This document shows, in pieces, positions 23,775 through 35,300 of a stretch of DNA of 64,000 bases. Made by a program: the position numbers and the translations under genes. Below the pieces are notes generated by a model, which saw only the letters and a program-made list of their open reading frames with translations, ran no database searches and was not told the origin of the DNA. Positions within the stretch are counted from its first letter, which is position 1; each line of letters starts with the position of its first letter. Origin of the DNA: the human T2T-CHM13v2.0 reference genome, Homo sapiens; NCBI RefSeq assembly GCF_009914755.1, contig NC_060926.1, one strand, 5' to 3'.

Positions 23775-25130
23775 CCCTGTCTGGGCTGGTGTGGGGTCCC
23801 CTGTCTGTCTGGGGTGGTGTGGTGTCTCCTGTCTGTCTGGGGTGGTGTGGAGGCCCCTGTCTGTCTGGGGTGGTGTGGGGTCTCCTGTCTGTCTGGGGTG
23901 GTGTGGGGTCTCCTGTCTGTCTGGGGTGGTGTGGGGTCTCCTGTCTGTCTGGGGTGGTGTGGAGTCCCCTGTGTGTCTGGGGTGGTGTGGCGTCTCCTGT
24001 CTGGGGTGGTGTGGCGTCTCCTGTCTGGGGTGGTGTGGAGTCCCCTGTCTGTCTGGGGTGGTGTGGAGTCCCCTGTCTGTCTGGGGTGGTGTGGGGGCCC
24101 CTGTCTGGGGTGGTGTGGGGGCCCCTGTCTGTCTGGAGTCATGTGGGGTCTCCTGTCTGTCTGGGGTGGTGTGGGGTCTCCTGTCTGTCTGGGGTGGTGT
24201 GGGGGCCCGTCTGTCTGGGGTGGTGTGGGGTCCCCTGCCTGTCTGGGGTGGTGTGGAGTCCCCTGTCTGTCTGGGGTGGTGTGGAGTCCCCTGCCTGTCT
24301 GGGGTGGTGTCGGGCCTCTGCCTGTTTGGGGTGGTGTGGAGTCCCCTGTCTGTCTGGGGTGGTGTGGGGGCCCCTGTCTGTCTGGGGTGGTGTGGGGGCC
24401 CCTGTCTGGGGTGGTGTGGGGTCCCCTGTCTGTCTGGGGTGGTGTCAGGCCGCTGTCTGGGGTGGTGTGGGGGCCCCTGTCTGGGGTGGTGTGAGGGCCC
24501 CTGTCTGGGGCGGTGTGGGGTCCCCTGCCTGTCTGGGGTGGTGTCGGGCCCCTGTCTGGGGTGGTGTGGGGTCCCCTGTCTGGGGTGGTGTGGAGTCCCC
24601 TGTCTGTCTGGGGTGGTGTGGGGGCCCCTGTCTGTCTGGGGTGGTGTGGGGGCCCCTGTCTGTCTGGGGTGGTGTGGGGGCCCCTGTCTGTCTGGGGTGG
24701 TGTGGGGGCCCCTGTCTGTCTGCGGTGGTGTCAGGCCCCTGTCTGGGGTGGTGTGGGGTCCCCTGTCTGGGGTGGTGTGGAGTCCCCTGTCTGTCTGGGG
24801 CGGTGTGGGGGCCCCTGTCTGTCTGGGGTGGTGTGGGGGCCCCTGTCTGTCTGGGGTGGTGTGGGGGCCCCTGTCTGGGGTGGTGTGGGGTCCCCTGTCT
24901 GTCTGGGGTGGTGTCAGGCCACTGTCTGGGGTGGTGTGGGGGCCCCTGTCTGTCTAGGGTGGTGTGGGGGCCCCTGTCTGTCTGGGGTGGTGTGAGGGCC
25001 CCTGTCTGGGGCGGTGTGGGGTCCCCTGTCTGTCTGGGGTGGTGTCGGGCCTCTGTCTGGGGTGGTGTGGGGTCCCCTGTCTGTCTGGGGTGGTGTGAGG
25101 GCCCCTGTCTGGGGTGGGGTGGGGTCCCCC
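23775..25130. repeat. G-rich VNTR with 24/28-bp units (cctgtct[gtct]ggggtggtgtggggtcc), ~50 units
   Basis: 28-bp period, e.g. 24601 to 24629. 24-bp variants lack one TCTG. Central variants include GGGGTCCCC, GGAGTCCCC, GGGGGCCCC and GGGGTCTCC. Confidence 0.98.
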
Positions 25131-26924
25131 TGACGCCTCAATGTCCCAGGCTTTTCCCCTTCTCCTCTCCCGATAGATTCCATCTCCACGGTCACCTCAT
25201 GGCTGCGAGATGGCTGCCTCACCTCCAGCCTCCTGTTTTAATTCCAGTCCAGAAGAGGAAAGCAGAAGCTTCAAGAGGAAAAGATGACATCCTGATTCTC
25301 TTCCTGGGCTGGGAAATGGTGCCTGAAACTCATGCGTGCACAGAGAACAAAATCAGGGTTTTATTAGGAAAAGAATGGGAGGAATCGGTGCAGGGGGAGC
25401 AACGTGCAGCATGTGCCACGGTCAGCTGGCCTTAAGCCACACGTGTCCCTGGGTGCTTTGCCGTTCTTTTGAGCACGTTCCCACAAAGCTGTGAAAAACA
25501 ACAGGATCAAAGAGTCAGCTTTCCCGGAAGCCTTGTTGAGAGTGTGCCAGGTGGCGGCCCCAACGCACTCCCATCCCACATGTCCTCTCGGGAGGGAGCA
25601 CTTACGTCCCCAAGGCTTGCACGCCACTGGCATTGCCTGGAGAAGGGGCCATGGCCCTATTGCACTCACTGCATTTCAGTATCTAGTGGAGCTCCTAACG
25701 AGGATGGAAAGTGTTAGTGTTTGCTGCACCAACGGATTAATTAGTTACTCCACAACCAATCTGTCAATGACCAGCTAGTCCATCAAGCATTGCATTAATT
25801 CACCTGGAAGTTTGGTGGAAGAGAAAATGCTAAAGGGCTTTAGCACCCAATAGAGCACAATGTACCAAAACCAGCATCCACACTACAAAAAACTGCCTCG
25901 ATGAAACGCCCAACGTCTGCAACCTGGCCAGCCCCAGCCCCTCAAGCATCCCGGCAGACTCCAGGCTCGGCAGGGCTGACAGCAGATGCTTCCTGGGCTG
26001 GGGAGAGAGAACAAAGAGAAGAGCACCACTTTTAAGGAGTTGCTGACTGGAGTGATCTTACCAGCTCTAATAGATGCCTCACAGGTAACATGGTTTATGT
26101 CACACCAGGCACGACCTTCAGAACTTTTCTAGAAACCCAAGGCAGCTGCAGCCATGGCCGCATCCTCAGGCACCTGGCCTCCTGCGCTCAGGCCAAGTGA
26201 GGCTGAGAGGCAGAGCCGAGGTGGAGATTGCAGGGACGCCTGACCCTCGTCTGGCTTCATGGTCTTCTGCTGCAGCTCCTCGGAGCCTGTGCTGGCCCCT
26301 GCCCCTGGAGCAAGTGGTCAGATCGCTCAACCCCATGGCCTCAGCTTAGTTTGACCACAGCCTCCAACCTGCAAGGCCGCCTTTTTCGCTAACATGAATG
26401 CAGCACTTTGAACTGCTAGGAAGTCTGGGATGGCACAGGAGGACGCCCCAAAGCAGGACCTGCAGTCAGCCGGTGCAGCTGCCTCTGGGGCACAGATGGC
26501 GCCCCCTCCCCACATGCCCTGCCCACCCGCGAGGATCCGCAGCTGTTCACCTGGAAGCGGCTCTGGACACCCAAGTAGCCATCACTCTTCCTGAGAATAA
26601 AACACTCCCAGCCAGACATTCATTTTACCCCGAGACGTGTCCAAGGTTTCATACAGACCCTGCCAAATATACATTAGGTGTCCTGGAACTCACAGAAAGG
26701 AGCTCTGCCTGCTCTAGTTCGGCAGAATAATAAAGTGAAGAGGGTTTCCGTGCTGGGGCACAAGTTGGAGGTGGCGGAAATAATTTTATGCCGGAAACAA
26801 AGAAGTGTGAGTGTTCCTCAGCTCATCCGAAGTTAAGCAAACTGAGTTTCTGTTTCTTTGTTGGTTTTGGAGAGAATCTATTGTTGGGCCTGGAAGAAGT
26901 TTGTGTTTATTTTGATCCACCCAG

Positions 26925-26968
26925 GATGAAAATGCTTTGCTGCTGAGCATGAAGCCATTTGGAACCTG
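26925..26968 (+). other. Candidate exon (44 nt), unassigned
   Basis: T-rich tract ending ccacccAG|GATGAA, strong donor CTG|GTGAGT. Confidence 0.3.
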
Positions 26969-27559
26969 GTGAGTGTTCCCCACTGGCTGCCCCTGCCTCC
27001 TGCGCCTCCCCGTGTGCACTGAGCAGTCCTCATCCACGGGGCTGGTGGCCCTGAAACCCTTGTTCCCATCTGGTCAATGGGTAAAGGGGATGCAGGACAC
27101 TCTCATCACAGGCACCACAGGGACAGCAGTCATGCAGCCTCAGGGCTGGGCTCGAAGGAGCGATGGACAGGCTGTTGCCAGGCAACCACTGGGGCAGCAG
27201 TGGCCCCGCGGGAGCTCCCCGGAGTCAACCCCAGTCCTCCTCATCAGACCGTGGGCTTGGCTCTGTCAGCCTCCTGTTCCCCACTCCTGGCATCAGCCAC
27301 ATCAGTCCCAATCCAGGGAAAAGGATGCCACATGCCACATGCCAGCAGCTCTCCCTGAGAGAAGACTTAATGCCAAGAGTGGAGCTATGCAGAGTGCAAA
27401 GTTCCATGCAAACATCACCTTTTAAAATTTTGACTCAGAATCCCCACTTTATAGAGCAGTAAGTTCAATCCTAGAAAGTGGAGACAATCACAAAACGTCT
27501 ATAGATAGCTCAATGCAGCTCTCAGTGTATCCACTAATCAGCCCTATTTAAGTTCCACC

Positions 27560-27690
27560 ATGAAGTCTGCAAGTCGGCACCATTATTATCATTAATTTGC
27601 AGATAAGGAAGCGGAAACACAGAGAGGTTAAGTAACTTGTCCAAGGTCACACGGTAAGTGACAGGTGCAGACAAGGCTGTTGGAAGTGTC
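27560..27690 (-). mobile_element. MIR fragment
   Basis: cagataagga...cagagaggttaagtaacttgtccaaggtcacac. Confidence 0.8.
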
Positions 27691-27899
27691 TGAGCCCTTC
27701 CCCATTGCCTCTCACTAGTAGCTAACGCAGATGCTGCACCCCCATGTGTCAGAAACGAGTCCATGTGCTTTACAATATATATTAATTCATATGATTGTCA
27801 CAGCAACCCTGGGAGGTAGGTGCCAGTTGGCCAGGATAGGACAAAAAGAACTCAAGCATCAGAGGGCAGCTGCTCGAGGTGACCGGTAAGTTTCTGTCT

Positions 27900-28312
27900 A
27901 TCCAAACACTGGGGACAATGCAAACACACATGAGCTGGTGAATGGGAAAACGTTGTCGTGTCTGTACAGTGGAACAGCACTCAACAGTAAAAGGAACATA
28001 CTTCCGATACACACAACACAACAGACGGCTGCTCAGTGAGGTCAAACACACGAACGCACACTGGGCTCTCACCCATATGACCTTCTGGAAAAGCCAGCCC
28101 TCAGGGAGGGAATGGAGATCAGCAGTGCCAAGGGCTGGGGTGGAGGGGTTGCTGAGAGGGAGGGGCTCAGGCGATACTTTGGGTGATGGAAAGGCTCTAC
28201 ATCGTGATCGTGGTAGTGGCTGCACAACTGTGTGTGTTGATCAGAACTCACAGCTGTCTACCCTAAAGGTGAATTTTACTCTTTGTAAATCATACCTCAA
28301 TAAACCTGAGTT
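27900..28312 (+). mobile_element. L1MD/L1ME-type 3' end
   Basis: gggtgatggaaaggctctacatcgtgatcgtggtagtgg...aggtgaattttactctttgtaaatcatacctcaataaac. Confidence 0.8.
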
Positions 28313-29519
28313 CAGAAAGAGCCCATTTCACCCTAGGACACCGTCAGTCTACAGAAGGGTGAGGTTCCAGGCCCAGGACACGGTGTCACCAAGAGCCACC
28401 CGGGAAGGGCTCTGCGAGCCAGCCCAGAACCTAACCCCAGGCTCTGGTTTGAGCATTCTCAGCTGCTCCATGGATCTCCCAAAGCCTTTGTATTTGTTCA
28501 TCAGTTATCTGTCAACATGCTTTATAGACTCCTGGTCAGCAAAACTGCAAACAGTAAGACCTTTTCCCACTTCCCAACTCAAACGCTGTAGTGGGTCAGA
28601 GCACGCATATGGGTCAATAACAGACACACGTGGACATCAGCTGGCCTTTCTGAAGAGGACAGAGATTGATGGATGTGCAGACTTCCCATAGGATCCTCAT
28701 TCGCATTCTCATCGCCTCCTCCGTATGGATTAATGGGGGTTCCGTGGCATGAGAAAATGGTAGAAGGAGAAATGTATCCCCATTAGGGACCCGCTCCTGT
28801 TTAAGGAGGCAAAGTCTGTGTTTCAATTGTTCTCTGCTTTGCATTCAGAATTAACTCTATCTTCCAACCGCATGTCTCAACAGCATTAGGCATTTACACT
28901 CTGCTTCCCACCTAGTTTCAAGGTAGAACTTGCATTCCAGAGAACTCCTGGCGATGAAGTATTATAATTCTTGTGCTCTGCCACACTCTCAGAAAGGCAA
29001 ATGCAGATCCTCCCCCAAATACAAGTTTCTGTTCATTTTTCCACATCAGAGATTTGAAAAGAAAGACAGACACAAGGAAACAACCACATGCATCTAGTTA
29101 GAGGGAACAGCTAGTAAAGAGAGGCTGGAATTGCTGACAGACGTGCTCTCTCAGCCCCAGGCCACAGCAGGTGCCCTGCCAGCCTCTGGCTCAGGCATCG
29201 CCAAGTCCCATTGCTGCTAGTTTCACCGTGACAGCAGGTCCACTCAGGGGCACCGATTTTATGGCAGGTGCTTTCCTTATATTATGTCATTTCATCCTGA
29301 AAGCCATCCTTTAAGATAGATCATACCCTCCTCATTTTACACAGAGGGAAACTGAATTTGGAGGAGATTATAAAACTTAATTCTAAACTATGCATTCATA
29401 AATGACATAGACAGAATGTAACTTAACTAAATAACAGCATTTATCCTGCACTGCAGGGCACTCCAAGGTTAATGCTTCACATGTGTTATAATATTCAAGC
29501 TTCACAACCACCCAACAAG

Positions 29520-29930
29520 CTATGATATGTGGCAGAGGTGGCTGCCTATTCACCAAAGCTGTGGGTTCATTATTCCATGCAGTGGAGCTGGTCCTGGTGC
29601 TGCTACCCATCAGGAACGGCATGTCCCACCCACTTTGTTCCCAGAATGGCTGCGGGCCTAAGTTTTGCCATTGGAAAATGAGAAGTGATGTGTGTAAATT
29701 CAAGGCAGGGGCTTTAAGAAGCAGGCGAGGCTTCTCCACGCTGTCTCTCTTGAGGCCTCCAGGCCCCAGGGTACGGAACAGCCACGGGATGGAGGCCTCT
29801 GTCCTCAGGTCCCTGTGTGACAGAAGACCATTCACCAGCCAGGGACATTTGTGTGGACTCCTGGTGAGCAAAAAAATGGGTTTATGAAATTCAAGGGCTT
29901 TTATAGCAGCTAATTTTGCATAACAAATCT
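29520..29930 (+). mobile_element. Old MLT1 (J/K-like) LTR
   Basis: tgtggcagag...ccattggaaaatgagaagtgatgtgtg...tcaaggcaggggctttaaga...ggacatttgtgtggact...gtgagcaaaaa. Confidence 0.5.
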
Positions 29931-31599
29931 AACATTATTGTTTCCGTTTAACACACAACTAAACTGAAGTTCAAAGACGTGAGTTCCACAGGAGTACAGG
30001 GCACCCCAAATCATCCAGAGGTCTGCCCCTCTTCCAAGCCCATGCTCTCTCTGCCCTGCGACCTGCTTGGTGAAGGGTGGGGTCTCTAATTCTTTCCCCC
30101 ATTCTAGAACCCTAAAGTAAGGGAGGAACCCTCCATTCAGAAGGAATTGTGCTTCTATTACACCCAGTGACTGGCGGGACCCATGGATTGAATAAAATGA
30201 CCATTGATAATGGGATAAATGGCACTACATGAATGTCCCCACATGTCAGGAACAGACTCTTCCCCAGCCCTGCAGCCACAGAAATGAGCTGGTGCAAAAG
30301 GAACACAATGCGACCTGGGCTTCCCTGAAGTTCCCCAAATCTAAAATCAGTCAGGTAGCTGGAACCCGACTCCTCTTGGAAGACCGCTTTTATCATCCAA
30401 AACAACATTCATATATTTCTATCTGACCACAGAATTTTGTTCTCAGAAAGCCAGTCAAACCTACATAATCTGCCTACTATCAGCACTCCCTATTTACAAG
30501 AGCTCAGACAAGGAGGAGGCCCCAAGCCGCAGGCAGCAGTGCTGGGGTCATTATGAAACCAGAGTCTAGAATTGCACCTGGCACATCACGGGCTCTCAGT
30601 AAGTATTTGTTACGTGAGTTGTTGTTGTTTGTAACTGAGAAGCTACGTGGTGTTGCCAGTGAATTTTATCACTAAATAAGAGCATTAAAAAATTGTATCC
30701 ACCATCATAATCATTTCATGAAAAAGTGCATGTTATACTGAAAAAAAAACTAGGAAGATATAATCTTAAGATATCCCTGAAATGCATGCCTTTGCCTTCT
30801 GAGAAACACAAACCTCGGCCGTGTCTTCTGCTGCACACTGAAGAGCCATCGACGGCGGCCCTGCCACGCCACTAGTGTCTGCAACACTCTATGGTGATGG
30901 GAAGAGTCAGTCGGGCATCAGTTTGGGTCCTGGTTGTGCCTGTCATTCGCCAGTGACACCCTGGAGCTCCAGTTTCTTCGTTTGCAAAATGGGATCCTCA
31001 GAGACACCCACCTGGCCCTTTCACAGTGGGTTGCGGTTGGCGCTGTTGGGGCACGATGCAGGGGCACTTGCTGTGGCCTTGGTGTTAGGTCTCAAGAGAA
31101 ATCTTAGGGGCCAGGAGGTTCTCTCAGCTCCTGACGGTAGGGCGGCGGGAGGCAGAGGAGACCTGCTTCGCATGGAGAATTCGTTTTCCCGCTTATGCCT
31201 TGTCCCCTCCCCTTCCCCAGACAGCAGCCAGCACGTTCCTGATATGGCAGACAATGCTGTGTGCAACACATCGTCTCCTCATCTGGACACGCGACAATGG
31301 TGCTCCCAGCCGCCCTCACAGTGAGCCTGGGCACGTGACGTTCTCGCCAACGGACCTCGCACAGAAGCGATGTGCCACTTCTAGTCCAAGGCAGAGAGTG
31401 CTCCCCGACCCATCTCTCTTCTCTGGCTGCAGTTATTCTGAGGCCTCTGATTCCGGCCTCAGGCAGCCTGGATTCCTGCACTGGCTGGGAGGAGGCCCAT
31501 CCAGGGGGCCTTTTATCAGACTGTGACATGTGAGCAAAAAAGAGACTTTTTTTACTAAGCCACTGAGACAGTATCAATGACTCTGAATAAGACACCTAA

Positions 31600-32302
31600 T
31601 AAAACAAAAGTCAAATCAAGTCACCACCCTGTCCATCTCATTGGGGTAAAAGCCAAAGTCCTTAAAATGCCCGAGAGCCCTATATGACCCAGCCTCCCAA
31701 CACTTTCTGCCTTCACCTGTCACTGCTGGCTCTCACCTCCCTGCAGCAACACTGCCTCCCCACACACACCAGCACGTTCTGACTCAGGACCTTTGAACCT
31801 GCTGCACATCCTGCCCTCAGTGATGAGCCCAGCAAACTCTCCCATCTTTGTGAGGTCTTCATTCAAATGTCAGCTTCCAGTAAAGCCACTGTTGGCCACA
31901 CTTCTTATCCCCTTTCCTTGTTTAAAATGGTCCCTTAATACTTACTGCCATCTAATATGTAGTTTACTTATAGATTTTTATCTTATGTCTTCCTCTAATA
32001 AAATGTCTCCATGAGGGCAAGTGAGTGGGAGTGAGTGTGTGAGTGTGTGTGAGTGTGTGAGTGTGAGTGTGTGAGTGGGAGTGAGAGTGAGTGTGTGGGA
32101 GTGAGTGTGTGAGTGGGAGTGAGTGTGTGTGTGTGTGTGAGTGGGAGTGACTGTGTGTGTGTGAGTGTGTGGGAGTGTGTGGGAGTGGGAGTGTGTGGGG
32201 GTGAGTGTGTGTGAGTGTGTGTGTGTTGTTCACTCCTATATTCTTAGTGCCTAGAACAGTCTCTGGGGCATAAAAGAGGTTCAATCATCATTTGTTGAAT
32301 AA
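31600..32302 (+). mobile_element. L2 3' region interrupted by a simple repeat
   Basis: gtaaaagccaaagtccttaaaatg...ctccatgagggca[repeat]tgttcact...tagtgcctagaacagt...atttgttgaataaat. Confidence 0.8.
32021..32225. repeat. (GT)n/(GAGT)n complex simple repeat
   Basis: gtgagtgggagtgagtgtgt... Confidence 0.95.
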
Positions 32303-35300
32303 ATAACCTAGGACGATACAGGAACACATGTTACAGACAGAGGAGAGGAAAAATAGGAAGGAAAATAGGAAACTCTTATGAAAGAGGCCGTGCTTGAGCT
32401 GACCCTGTGACCTGGTGAAGGCCCAGCAGAGCACGTGGCATTCCAGGTGCAGAAGAAGCACCAGGTGGTGACACTCCAGGGGACAGGATGTGTGGCTGAC
32501 ATGAGGTTTCCACCAAAGCCAATGAGGAATCGTGGTGATGGCTGCAATCAGGACACAATTCAAGCAATATCGGTCTGCGCTGGGCATGCTCCGGGGTCCC
32601 CACATTCTGTCAGTTCCCCGTATGTATTCTCTTACCCTACAAGACAGGGGTATGAGGACTGAGAAGCCACCTCCCAGAGGCATAACTGGGAGAGTGTTTC
32701 ACAGCTGGTGGAGGACAGGCTGGACTCCAAGAGCTGCTCCAGCTCTGGGCCTGGGGCCTGGGGCCTGGGGATCGCTAAGCCACACAGTATGAGGCCTGAG
32801 GCCTTCCAGGATGTCTGAATGGTGGGTCTCAGGTGTTCCACCCCACTCGTGCTCTGGAATCTCCAGGCAAAGCATTGATGAGGTTGCCAGCAATCAAAGG
32901 GGAAAACCCACATCCACAGTCATCGTCCTGTGCGTCGTGTTCAGGTCCGTGATTGCTGTCATTTTTGAGTCTTGTTTGGTTTAAATTGCTCCCATATTCT
33001 TGTTCCCCTGTTACGATGCCACACCACATTTCAGGATGCCAGAGTCAATTCTTCAGTATTTACCTCGCCACAAGGACTAGGGTGGGTTTTCTTTTTCCTT
33101 TGTTTTGTTTTATTTTCTTTTTTTTTTTTTTTTTTTCCCAAAACTGGCTTTGCAGGCTTTTGAACTCAGGGAAGAGAAAGCAGGAATAAGGAGAGCGGTA
33201 ACCACTGCTTTGAGTACCTGCTGTGATTTACGCACGGAGCCAACTTCATATCGGAACGTCTGGCTCTGCAGCTGGAAGGGAGCTGCAAAATGCATGATGT
33301 TATTCCCTGGTTAAGCCCAAACCTTCCCAACCATGGGGCATGTGGGCCCAAAAGTCTCCCTCCAGGCCCTGGGGCTCCTGAGCATCTCAAATACGTGGGA
33401 CCTGCTGTGCCTGGCACTGCCCACAGTGAGGTTCTCACCGAGCTCTGCATCTGGGTGTGCAGGAGTGATGCGTGCTGCAATGGCGTGGCCACAGCTTCAG
33501 AAATGCCCGTGCCAGACCACAGTCCCACAGTGGGTGCAAGGCCCAGTGAGGTCTAGGTCCAGGGTCTCTCCACTCCTGTCAAATTTCTTCCACCAGCCCT
33601 CACCACGTCATCTGCAGGACTTAAACCCAAATATCACCAGCTCCCCAGAAACAGAGCCACATTTCACCAACTGTTGTTGGTGAATGGCCACAGAACCATA
33701 TTTCTGAGAAATGATGCTGAAGGAGAAATGGAAACTGGCGTCGTGTGTCTGGGAAGCTGCTGCTAAAAGCAGCTCAGACCCCTGACCCTGCGGAGATGAC
33801 CTGGGCAGTGAGCCCCCCAGCACCTCCGCCCAGAGCCAGAGCCAGCCCCGGTCAGTGTCTGCCCAGCTCAGGGTGAGGCCCAGGGAGGAAGGCCTGGCCA
33901 CAGTGTCACCCGCAGCCCGGCCCTGGCGTCTCCCCTGTGCGAGGCAACCCTTGCCCTCCCACTGCACCCTAAGCATAAGCTCTCCGGCCCCTGCACCTGG
34001 GCCTCCCCCTCTCACTATGTCGCCATGTCCTGGCCCCAGTGTGAACGGGCCACACTTCACCTCTTTGAAAGCTTTCAGAAAGCCACTGAGCCCCAGGCCG
34101 CCTGGGTGCAGCCAGCTCCCCCATCCCACAGTGCTGTGCCACAGCCTCTACAGCCTAAGGGTCTCGGCCCTCGCAGGGCCCCCAGCAGCCCTGCCACCTT
34201 GGCCACATAGGCCAGGCACCGAAGCACTGAGCCAGGAGCACGCAGGGTCACCTGGGTTGATAGCACTGCCCAGGGACACTTTCCCAAGGCAGGTCAGGGA
34301 GGCCCTCCTGAGCTTGCTGCACATGGCTCGCAGGTGTCTCCGGCTTGGCCTCAGGGTGGCCCAGGTCACCTCCCTGGACCCAGGGTCTGGCTGGCTTGAG
34401 CCCCTTGGCTGCCCCTGCCCATGCACAACGGGCAGCTGCCAGGCTGCTCACCGGGCACCCCCGCTGACTCAGCCTGGTGTGCTCGCAGCTATTTTGAAAA
34501 ACGCAAACCTTCCTGTTACCGCCATCACCCTACTGTGCAGTAGGATCCCAGCATTTACAGGAGATTTCTGTGTCTTAACACGGAATAAGGCTGCCGGGTG
34601 AAGAAGGGATGGGGAGCTCCCGGCAGAGGCAGGAAGGAGTGAAGCACCAGGCCTGACCCATAGGAGAAATGTGGGGGTTCTGGAGGACCCCGTGATTAAT
34701 CGACAGTTACTCTTGGTCTAGGTAGACAATAGGCACATTGTGGAGATGTAAGCTTGGTCATAGAGCAGCCAAAGGTGCAGTTGTGGCCTGGGCAGGAGAG
34801 CAGCACCTACACCTAGCAAGGGCCCCGGTACAAAGGACACCTGTGTACATACCCCAACCAGCAAGAATCCAGCAGGGTGGCCAGGGCCGGTGGGCATGGC
34901 CCACAAAGCGGCTGGGTCCTGGGTACAGGCTGGGTGTCCCCACGCTGTCTGTGCCCCTTGCTGTGCTGAGGTGGGCCAGTGAAGGGCTTGAGGCAGCCAG
35001 GGCCTTTGCTCTTGCGTGTGTTTCCTCAGCTGCTGACAGGGCTGATATAAAAGTCTAAGGATCCTTCGAAACCTCATACCCCAGGGTATCCTGCCTTTTT
35101 CTCTGGGGAGGCAGGAGGGATAGAAAAGGTTCCTCATGCCTGTAAGGGGGAAGGGACAGTAGAGGTGGGGGAAGGGGAGAAGTCCTTTTCCCTCCAGACT
35201 TGAGTCCTGAATAAATATACTGGCTTGAGCTCTTTGCAACATAGTGATGAAAGACCCTAAAAATTCCAATAAAATGTTGTAGCTTTCCCTAGAGAGGGAG

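Noticed and set aside
21202-25130. CRISPR-like appearance of the 45-bp and 24/28-bp arrays
   Set aside because: Units are head-to-tail with no unique spacers, there are no cas genes, and the context is primate.
23735-25435. 566-aa, 388-aa and 226-aa ORFs rich in G/V/W/C
   Set aside because: They are translations of the stop-poor VNTR, open in several frames, with no domain or gene structure.
27942-28691. 249-aa ORF
   Set aside because: Its first half lies in a decayed L1 3' end and the product has no recognisable homology.
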